Shown piece after piece: positions 57,574 through 64,000 of a DNA stretch of 64,000 nucleotides. The DNA comes from an uncultured bacterium. GTDB lineage: Bacteria; Verrucomicrobiota; Kiritimatiellia; RFP12; UBA3636. The position numbers and the translations under genes are program-made. The first letter of the stretch is position 1; each line of letters starts with the position of its first letter. Location: positions 22,435 to 86,434 of the forward strand of contig CACWKU010000001.1 in assembly GCA_902761575.1 (NCBI GenBank). Direction: 5' to 3'. The notes beneath the pieces were generated by a model, which was not told where the DNA came from, made no database searches, and saw only the letters and a list, made by a program, of their open reading frames with translations.

Positions 57574-59790
57574 TCAGCGAACGTCGATCCGCGCGGAGGC
57601 GCGGAGGGAGGCGGAGAGCTCGAATTCGCCCGCCTCGAAGCGGCGGGTGCCGTCGGGCTGCATCGCGGCGAGATCCTTGCGCGAGAGCGACAGCTTCACC
57701 GTCTTCGTCTCGCCCGGCTTCAGCGAGACCTTCTCGAATCCGACGACGCGCCGCACCGGCTGGGTGCTCGTGCTCTCGAGGTCCGAGAGATACCAGATCA
57801 CGGTCTCCGCGCCGGCGCGCCTGCCGGCGTTCCTCACCGTCACGGACGCCTCGACGCGCCCGCCGCGGCGCACGGCGGCCTTCGCCTTCCCGTATTCGAA
57901 CGTCGTGTAGGAGAGGCCGTAGCCGAACGGCAGCCACGGGTCGTTCTCGTGCGGACAGTCGAGGTAGTCGAAGAGGTTCTCGCGGCTGCGCGGCTGGGCG
58001 TTGTAGAACACCGGGATCTGCCCGACGGCGCGCGGGAAGGTCATCGCGAGGCGGCCGGAGGGGTTCGCGGCGCCGGTGACGAGCTCCCACGCGGCCTGGG
58101 CGGCGCGCGAGCCGCCCTGCCAGAGGTAGAGGATCGCGTCGAGCTTCGCGGCGGTCTCGGAAAACGCGAGCGGACGTCCCGCGGCGACGAGGCCGACGAG
58201 CGGCCGGCCGGTCTCCGCGAGGGCGTCGACGAGCGCCTCCTGCGCGGGCGAGAGGCGGATGTCGCGGCGCGACTTGTATTCGCCCGAGAGCCAGCCCGGC
58301 TCGCCGAGCGCGACGACGACGACGTCCGCGGCGCGCGCGGCGCGGACCGCCTTCGCGATCGCGGCGCGGTCCGGCGGCAGGCCCGGATCGAGGATCGAGC
58401 CCTCGACGAAGTCGACCGTACGCAGCCGCGGCGCGCCCTCGGGCGGCAGCGCGCAGCCCGGCGCGTAGTCGATCCTCGCGTTCGGGAAGAAGCGCGCGGC
58501 CTCGTCCCGGAGCGACGGCGTCTCCTCGTGGTTCTTCGCGCACATCGCCGCCCACGTGCCGACGAGCGCGGGGCAGTCGTCCGCCGCCGGGCCGACGAGC
58601 GCGAGGCGCTTCACCTTCCTCGGATCGAGCGGGAGCAGCCCCCCCTCGTTCTTGAGCAGGACGGCGCAGCCGCGCGCGCACTCGGCCGCGAGGTCGAGGT
58701 CGGCGGGCAGGCGGCAGGTCCTCTCGCGCGGGAGCTCGGGGACGTAGGGATGCTCGAAGAGGCCGCACTCGAACTTGACGCGCAGCACGCGCTCCACGGC
58801 GCGGTCGAGCACGTGCATCGGAAGGCGGCCGGCCTTGACGAGGGCCGGGATGTTGCGGAAGACGTCGTCCGACATGTCCATGTCGTTGCCGGCCGTGAGC
58901 GCGGCGAGCGTCTGGACGGCCGGGTCGGAGCTGTAATGCTGGATGCGCAGCTGCGAGACGGCGCCCCAGTCGGAGACGACGAAGCCGTCGAAGCCCCATT
59001 CGCCGCGGAGGATGTCCGTCAGCGTCTCCCGGTTCGCGACGGCGGGCGTGCCGTCGATGCAGTTGAAGGAGCTCATGAGCGTCCGCGCGCCGGCGCGCAC
59101 GCCCGCCTCGAACGGCGGCAGATACCACTCGCGCAGCGCCCGCGCCGAGATCTCCGTGTAGGAGTAGTCGCGCCCGCCCTCGCTCGCGCTGTAGCCGACG
59201 AAGTGCTTGAGGCAGGCGACGACGCGGCCCGGCTTCCGCAGGTCCGCGCGGCGGCGCCCCTGGTAGCCGCGGACGGCGGCCGCGGCGAAGACGCCGTTCG
59301 TGAACGGGTCCTCGCCGTAGCCCTCGACGTTGCGGCCCCAGCGCGGATCGTGCCCGACCTCGACCATCGGGGAGAAGGTCCAGTCGACGCCGCCGTCCGT
59401 CCAGCACTCGCGCGCCGCGACTCGGCACGCCCTCTCCGTGAGCGACGGGTCGAACGAGCAGGACTGCGCGAGCGGGACGGGGAAGCCCGTGCGCCAGCCG
59501 TGGATGACGTCGTAGCCCCAGAGGATCGGGATGCCGAGGCGCGTCCCCTCGACGGCCATGCGCTGGAACGCGTTGCGCGCGGCGGCGCCGCCGGTGAAGG
59601 AGAGGACGGAGCCGATCGTCGGGTCGAACGGATGGTCGGGCCCGACGTTGTTCGGATTGGTGTCGCGGCCGATCGGGTTCTGGATCAGCTGCGCGGCCTT
59701 CTCCTCGAGCGTCATGCGGCGGAGCAGGTCGCGCACGCGCGCCTCGGCGGGCTTCTTCGGATCCTTGTACGGGGGGAGTTTCGTTTTCAT
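57574..59790 (-). CDS. bglX: GH3 beta-glucosidase/beta-hexosidase (BglX-like, 738 aa)
   Basis: C-terminal part of track ORF 57574..61119, trimmed to the ATG at 59790 (MKTKLPPYKDPKKPAEARVRDLLRRMTLEEKAAQL). Motifs GYDVIHG, KHFVGY, GFVVSDWGA (nucleophile Asp context). Its start overlaps the upstream stop as ATGA. The symbol is a family-level guess. Confidence 0.9.
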   Translation of the reverse strand: MKTKLPPYKDPKKPAEARVRDLLRRMTLEEKAAQLIQNPIGRDTNPNNVGPDHPFDPTIGSVLSFTGGAAARNAFQRMAVEGTRLGIPILWGYDVIHGWRTGFPVPLAQSCSFDPSLTERACRVAARECWTDGGVDWTFSPMVEVGHDPRWGRNVEGYGEDPFTNGVFAAAAVRGYQGRRRADLRKPGRVVACLKHFVGYSASEGGRDYSYTEISARALREWYLPPFEAGVRAGARTLMSSFNCIDGTPAVANRETLTDILRGEWGFDGFVVSDWGAVSQLRIQHYSSDPAVQTLAALTAGNDMDMSDDVFRNIPALVKAGRLPMHVLDRAVERVLRVKFECGLFEHPYVPELPRERTCRLPADLDLAAECARGCAVLLKNEGGLLPLDPRKVKRLALVGPAADDCPALVGTWAAMCAKNHEETPSLRDEAARFFPNARIDYAPGCALPPEGAPRLRTVDFVEGSILDPGLPPDRAAIAKAVRAARAADVVVVALGEPGWLSGEYKSRRDIRLSPAQEALVDALAETGRPLVGLVAAGRPLAFSETAAKLDAILYLWQGGSRAAQAAWELVTGAANPSGRLAMTFPRAVGQIPVFYNAQPRSRENLFDYLDCPHENDPWLPFGYGLSYTTFEYGKAKAAVRRGGRVEASVTVRNAGRRAGAETVIWYLSDLESTSTQPVRRVVGFEKVSLKPGETKTVKLSLSRKDLAAMQPDGTRRFEAGEFELSASLRASARIDVR

Positions 59791-61496
59791 GGTGTGGTGT
59801 ACCGGGAACTTGATGAGCGGGAAGCGGAAACATCCGGCGTGGCGCCGTCGGCGCGGAGGCGCAGGGCGAGCCCGCCCTCCGGGGGCTCCTCGACGATCGC
59901 CTCGACGCGACCGAGCCCGGCCGCGGCGTGGAAGGCGAGGACGGCCGCGTCGAGAATCCCGGAGACCTCGGGGTCGAGGCGCAGCCCGAACTTCGCCGCA
60001 AAGCCCGCGAGCGCGTTCGCCGTGCGGACCTGCGCCGCGAGGCGCGGCATGTCCGCGCGCAGCGCGAGGAGCGCGGCGGGGTGCGCACCCCGCCACGCCG
60101 CCACGACCTGGCCGACGGTCTCGCCGCTCCCCTCCCCCGCCCCGCCGGTCAGCGCGTTCCACGCGCCCCGGCCGAGGCCGAGGTCGAGCCGACCCGCGGT
60201 AGCGTCCTCGGAGACGAACGCGCAGTCCGCCTCCGGCGTCTGGCCGAGCAGCTCGAACTTCTTCGCGCGGACGAGCCGCGTGGCGGGGTCCGGCGCCGAG
60301 TCGCGAAGGCGCAGGTCCACGTCCGCCTTGAGCGCCTCGAACCACGGCGGCCACCACTGCGCGAGCGGCGCCGCGGGATCGGCGGGAAGCGAAAGCGCGA
60401 GCGACGGCACCTCGAGGATCGCCAGGTGCGTCGCGTTCGGACGGTCCGCCGCCCACGCGACCGCCGTGCCTTCGCCGAAGGGCGGCAGGCCCGAGTCGGC
60501 CGGGATCCACCCCTTCGCGACCGGCGCGGCGACGAGGAGGAACGCCGCGTCCGCCGGCGCACGCGCCGCGGCGCCCGCGAGGGGCGCGGCGGCGCCGAGC
60601 GACGGGTCGGGGAGGCTGGACCGTATCCCGGAGCCGACCATGGCGTCGAGCTCGATGCCCGGGCGCCTGAACGACGCGAGGTCGAGCGTGAAGGGATTGC
60701 AGTCGAACGCGTAGGGACCGAGGTCGTAGGGCTGCACCCAGATGCGGTGGCGCTTGCGGATCTCGCGCCAGGGCTCCGGTTCGCGGTCGGCCTGGACCGG
60801 GCCGCCTGCCTTGAAGCATCCGGCGAGACGCTGCCAGGAGTCCGTCTTCCCCGCGACGCGCGCCGCGAGCTCGGCTACGCGGTCCGGGTCCTGCGCGAGG
60901 ACGGCGACGAGGACGCCGTCGACGATATCGAGGCCGAGGACGATGCCATTGTCGCGCAGCTCGCGGGCGTGCGGGAACTCCATGTAGCGCGTGCCCTTCG
61001 CGGTGGTGCGCAGCGGCCCGAGGCCGGGCACCCACCTGATGCGCCAGAGCAGCTCCAGCGCGCGCGCCTTCCAGCCGACGTAGCTCGCGCCCGCGAGGTA
61101 GCCGCCGAGCCCGGCGCATTCGCCCTCCTCCGGGACGACGCCGACGACCGAGTTCTCGCCCGTGAGCCAGAAGAGCGTCCAGAAGACGCCGGCGTTGTCG
61201 TCGATCGCGTCCTCCGGATCGCCGCCGAGCGCGCGCAGCGCGTACTGGAACGACGGGTTGCGCAGGAGTGCGCGGTCCTCCATCGCGAGGTTGCGCACGT
61301 AGGCCGCGGCGGCGGTCCGCTCCGGCAGCGCATAGAAGAGCTCCGCCCGGTCCATCGGATACCAGAAGAACCAGAGCGCGACGGCGGCGATCGCGCAGCG
61401 ACGCAGCGCCTTGCGGCGCCGCCGCGCCCAGGCGCGCGGCCCCGTGGCGGGGTCCGCCCCCGCGGCGAGAAATTCGTCGTCGTCCATGTCGCCCAT
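59787..61496 (-). CDS. Hypothetical membrane-anchored protein (569 aa), translationally coupled to the GH3 gene
   Basis: Track ORF. N-terminal R-rich segment, then a TM helix (CAIAAVALWFFWY). Balanced composition with many W/F/Y, and no family recognised. Carries a near-perfect copy of the 24-nt palindrome (60073-60096, WRGAHPA). The alternative start ATG at 61487 may be the real (leaderless) start. Confidence 0.6.
   Translation of the reverse strand: MGDMDDDEFLAAGADPATGPRAWARRRRKALRRCAIAAVALWFFWYPMDRAELFYALPERTAAAAYVRNLAMEDRALLRNPSFQYALRALGGDPEDAIDDNAGVFWTLFWLTGENSVVGVVPEEGECAGLGGYLAGASYVGWKARALELLWRIRWVPGLGPLRTTAKGTRYMEFPHARELRDNGIVLGLDIVDGVLVAVLAQDPDRVAELAARVAGKTDSWQRLAGCFKAGGPVQADREPEPWREIRKRHRIWVQPYDLGPYAFDCNPFTLDLASFRRPGIELDAMVGSGIRSSLPDPSLGAAAPLAGAAARAPADAAFLLVAAPVAKGWIPADSGLPPFGEGTAVAWAADRPNATHLAILEVPSLALSLPADPAAPLAQWWPPWFEALKADVDLRLRDSAPDPATRLVRAKKFELLGQTPEADCAFVSEDATAGRLDLGLGRGAWNALTGGAGEGSGETVGQVVAAWRGAHPAALLALRADMPRLAAQVRTANALAGFAAKFGLRLDPEVSGILDAAVLAFHAAAGLGRVEAIVEEPPEGGLALRLRADGATPDVSASRSSSSRYTTP
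60073..60096. repeat. Near-perfect (23/24) copy of the same palindrome inside hypothetical CDS 59787..61496
   Basis: GCGGCGGGGTGCGCACCCCGCCAC. It encodes ..AWRGAHPAAL.. in the same relative frame as the copy at 16839. Confidence 0.9.
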
Positions 61497-61528
61497 TCTA
61501 GCAGAACGGGCGCCGGACTTCCACCCGC

Positions 61529-61557
61529 TTGCGTTTGCATGCCCTTTTCGCTAGTAT
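61529..61557 (+). promoter_or_regulatory. Sigma70-like promoter for rdgB(-galE-cdd)
   Basis: TTGCGT (61529-61534), 17 nt, TAGTAT (61552-61557). The ATG is 30 nt downstream. Confidence 0.45.
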
Positions 61558-61587
61558 TCCGGCCCCGCACGCCACCCCCGCCCCTCC

Positions 61588-62205
61588 ATGCGCCTCGTCC
61601 TCGCCTCCCGCAACTCCAACAAGCTCGTCGAGCTCCGCGCCCTCTGCGGCCTGCCGGCGGACTTCCTCGTCTCCGCCGCCGAATGCCCCGGCGCGCCCGA
61701 CCCCGAGGAGGATGCCGACACGTTCGTCGGCAACGCGCTCATCAAGGCGCGCGCGCTGCGCGACTTCTCGGGCGAGTGGGCGCTCGCCGACGACTCCGGG
61801 CTCGAGGTCGACGCCCTCGGCGGCGCGCCCGGCGTCCATTCCGCGCGCTACGCCGGCGTCCACGGCGAGGACGGCGCGAACAACGCGCTCCTCCTGCGCA
61901 ACCTCGACGCGCTCGGCCCGAAGGCCCCGCGCACATGCCACTTCTCCTGCGCGCTCGCCCTCGTCGCGCCCGACGGCCGCGAGTTCGTCGCGCTCGGCCA
62001 GTGCCCCGGCACGCTCCTGCGCGAGGGCCGCGGCACCAACGGCTTCGGCTACGACCCCCTCTTCCTCCCCGACGGCCGGGACAAGACCTTCGCCGAGCTT
62101 CCGCGCGAGGTGAAGTGCACCTTCTCCCACCGCGCCCGCGCCGCCGAACGCATGCGCCCCCTCCTCCGCTCCCTCTTCCCGACCCTCCCCCCTCCCCAAC
62201 CATAG
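61588..62205 (+). CDS. rdgB: Non-canonical purine NTP pyrophosphatase (RdgB/HAM1 family, 205 aa)
   Basis: Track ORF. Motifs LASRNSNKLVE, ADDSGLEVDALGGAPGVHSARY, GFGYDPLF, FSHRARA. Confidence 0.9.
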   Translation: MRLVLASRNSNKLVELRALCGLPADFLVSAAECPGAPDPEEDADTFVGNALIKARALRDFSGEWALADDSGLEVDALGGAPGVHSARYAGVHGEDGANNALLLRNLDALGPKAPRTCHFSCALALVAPDGREFVALGQCPGTLLREGRGTNGFGYDPLFLPDGRDKTFAELPREVKCTFSHRARAAERMRPLLRSLFPTLPPPQP

Positions 62206-62242
62206 ACCATCGGACCATCCCGACCATCGGACCATCCCGACC
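62206..62242 (+). repeat. Tandem GACCATCS repeats filling the rdgB-galE intergenic region and abutting the galE ATG
   Basis: TAG ACCATCG GACCATCCC GACCATCG GACCATCCC GACC ATG (a 17-nt unit, twice). Confidence 0.9.
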
Positions 62243-63265
62243 ATGCACATCCTCGTCACCGGCGGCGCCGGCTACATCGGCAGCCACACCTGCGTCGCGG
62301 CCTATGCCGCGGGCCATACGATCACGATCCTCGACAACCTGTCGAACAGCTCGCCCGAGTCCCTGAACCGCGTCGAGAAGATCAGCGGGAGGCGCCCGCG
62401 CCTCGTCGTGGGCGACATCGGCGACCGCTCCGTCGTCCGCTCCGTCCTCGACTCGGAGAAGTTCGACGCCGTCATCCACTTCGCCGGCTACAAGGCCGTC
62501 GGCGAGTCCGTCGCGAAGCCCTGGGAGTACTACCAGAACAACGTCGCGGGGACGCTCGTCCTCCTGGACGAGCTCCGGAGGCACGGGGTGCGCAACTTCA
62601 TCTTCTCCTCCTCGGCGACGGTCTACGGCAACCCCGACCCGAAGGACCTCCCGCTGAAGGAGACCGCGCCCCTTTCCGCCCTCAACCCCTACGGCGCGAC
62701 GAAGCTCTGGCTCGAGGAGATCATGCGCGCGATGGCCGCCGCCGATCCGGCGTGGCACTTCCTGCTGCTGCGCTACTTCAATCCCGTCGGCGCGCACGAG
62801 AGCGGCCTCATGGGCGAGGATCCCGCCGGCATCCCGAACAACCTGATGCCCTACATCACGCAGGTGGCGGTCGGCCGCCTGAAGGAGCTCACGATCTTCG
62901 GGAACGACTACCCGACGCCCGACGGCACCGGCGTCCGCGACTACATCCACGTGTGCGACCTGGCGGAGGGGCACGTCGCCGCGCTCGCAAAGGTCGCGGA
63001 CCTCCCCGGCTGCACCGCGATCAACCTCGGCTCCGGCTCGGGCGTATCCGTCGCGCAGCTCGTCGCCTCGTTCGAGAAGGCGATCGGCCGCCCGCTCCCG
63101 CACCGGTTCGGCCCGCGCCGCCCCGGCGACGCCGCGGCCTGCTACGCGGACGCCTCGAAGGCGCTGCAGCTCCTCGGCTGGAAGACGAAGCGCAACTCCG
63201 ACGACATGTGCCGCGACGCCTGGAACTGGCAGTCGAAGAACCCCAACGGCTACAAGAATGCGTAG
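62243..63265 (+). CDS. galE: UDP-glucose 4-epimerase (340 aa)
   Basis: Track ORF. Motifs MHILVTGGAGYIGSHT, SSSATVYG, NPYGATKLWLE (Y-x-x-x-K), RYFNPVGAH. Confidence 0.95.
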   Translation: MHILVTGGAGYIGSHTCVAAYAAGHTITILDNLSNSSPESLNRVEKISGRRPRLVVGDIGDRSVVRSVLDSEKFDAVIHFAGYKAVGESVAKPWEYYQNNVAGTLVLLDELRRHGVRNFIFSSSATVYGNPDPKDLPLKETAPLSALNPYGATKLWLEEIMRAMAAADPAWHFLLLRYFNPVGAHESGLMGEDPAGIPNNLMPYITQVAVGRLKELTIFGNDYPTPDGTGVRDYIHVCDLAEGHVAALAKVADLPGCTAINLGSGSGVSVAQLVASFEKAIGRPLPHRFGPRRPGDAAACYADASKALQLLGWKTKRNSDDMCRDAWNWQSKNPNGYKNA

Positions 63266-63770
63266 GCCCGCCGCCCGCTCCCGCGCAATCGGCGGCCGCG
63301 CTTCGCCCCGCCCTTCCGGAGACCGCCCGTCGGAGTTCCGTTCCGCGGGCGGGCATACTTGCCCGCCGGTCGACTGGCCCGCGCTCGTCGCCGCGGCGCG
63401 CGCCGCGGCCGCGCGCTCGTACTCGCCGTACTCGCGCTACGCCGTCGGCGCGGCGCTCCTCGCGGAGGACGGCCGCGTCTTCGCCGGCTGCAACGTCGAG
63501 AACGCCTCCTACGGCCTCACGAACTGCGCCGAGCGCACCGCGCTCTTCAAGGCCGTCTCCGAGGGCGCGCGGCGCTTCCGCGCGCTCGCCATCGCGGGCG
63601 GGACGGCGCGCTCCCCCGCCCTGCCCTGCGGCGCGTGCCGGCAGGTCCTCGCGGAATTCTGCGCGCCGTCGACGCCGGTCGCCGTCGCGCCGCTGCGCCG
63701 CGGCGCGCCCGTCGTCCGCGCCCTCGGCGACTACCTTCCCTTCTCGTTCGGCCTCGACGGGGCGCGCTAG
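63258..63770 (+). CDS. cdd: Cytidine deaminase; start uncertain (R/P-rich ~38-aa N-terminal extension if the ATG at 63258 is used)
   Basis: Track ORF. Core motifs SPYSRYAVGAALL, NCAERTALF (C-A-E zinc site), LPCGACRQVL. The only in-frame ATG overlaps the galE 3' end by 8 nt. I saw no in-frame GTG or TTG in the checked stretch just upstream of the conserved core (about 63330-63377). Confidence 0.8.
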   Translation: MRRPAARSRAIGGRASPRPSGDRPSEFRSAGGHTCPPVDWPALVAAARAAAARSYSPYSRYAVGAALLAEDGRVFAGCNVENASYGLTNCAERTALFKAVSEGARRFRALAIAGGTARSPALPCGACRQVLAEFCAPSTPVAVAPLRRGAPVVRALGDYLPFSFGLDGAR

Positions 63771-64000
63771 AAGAGCCCGCCCTTCTCGGTGGCGAGGGAG
63801 TCGTCCCAGAAGCGGGGCGGCTTGTCGCCGCCCGCGATGGCGGAGATCGGCTTGGTGGTGATCTGCTTGCCGCGCGCGCGCACGCCTTTCACCGCAACCT
63901 CCTGCGAGGGGTCGAACTTCTTCTGCAGGATGCGCTGGCCCTTCGCCGGACGGAACTTGATCCAGATCGTCGGCGGCGTCCCCTCCTCCAGGAGCCGGAT
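63767..64000 (-). CDS. 3'-terminal fragment of a CDS whose 5' part lies beyond the window end; function unknown (possibly the C-terminus of a type IIA topoisomerase A-subunit-like protein, low confidence)
   Basis: The minus-strand frame is open from the window edge to the TAG (63769-63767). It is not in the track. Hand translation: IRLLEEGTPPTIWIKFRPAKGQRILQKKFDPSQEVAVKGVRARGKQITTKPISAIAGGDKPPRFWDDSLATEKGGLF*. Its stop overlaps the cdd stop (CTAG). Confidence 0.5.
   Translation of the reverse strand: MRLLEEGTPPTIWIKFRPAKGQRILQKKFDPSQEVAVKGVRARGKQITTKPISAIAGGDKPPRFWDDSLATEKGGLF

Overview
GC-rich bacterial chromosomal segment (roughly two-thirds G+C by eye, not computed). Protein styles suggest a PVC-group organism (Kiritimatiellota, Lentisphaerota or Verrucomicrobiota-like); this is inference only. 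I call 31 complete CDS, 2 edge-truncated CDS that are absent from the supplied ORF track, and 1 gene remnant. I found no rRNA, tRNA, CRISPR array, transposase or integrase. Most long ORFs in the track are antisense or alternate-frame shadow ORFs typical of high-GC DNA, and many real genes needed their starts trimmed to internal ATGs with signal peptides. Positions 1-47000 form an almost uninterrupted minus-strand array of secreted carbohydrate-active proteins: SGNH and alpha/beta esterases, GH27 and GH36-like alpha-galactosidases, beta-helix proteins, a 2097-aa giant with an embedded FGE-sulfatase domain, a GLUG protein, and two large CBM+TIM-barrel paralogs. These are built from shuffled Ig-like repeats, a recurrent ~180-aa module I do not recognise, poly-Gly linkers and a shared C-terminal 'FFR' tail. 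Positions 46500-64000 hold a pncA/Nudix-regulator/metallophosphoesterase operon, a low-GC spot with a DUF4143 AAA+ ATPase, an SBP-permease fusion, nucleotide-sugar genes (ugd, fcl, galE), an AraC regulator, a GH3, rdgB and cdd. The most interesting non-coding structure is fourfold. (1) A tripartite upstream cassette with invariant spacing occurs 10 times in front of the secreted-enzyme genes, while other genes (housekeeping genes and three secreted-protein genes) use canonical TTGnnn-N17-TAnnAT promoters. (2) Tandem GACCATCS repeats abut the ATG of exactly the three nucleotide-sugar genes. (3) A 24-nt GC palindrome acts as a post-stop hairpin and also sits in-frame inside two genes, encoding WRGAHPA. 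(4) Four iteron-like direct repeats lie next to a near-consensus, apparently leaderless promoter. All functional calls rest on motif recognition by eye; no database search was possible.
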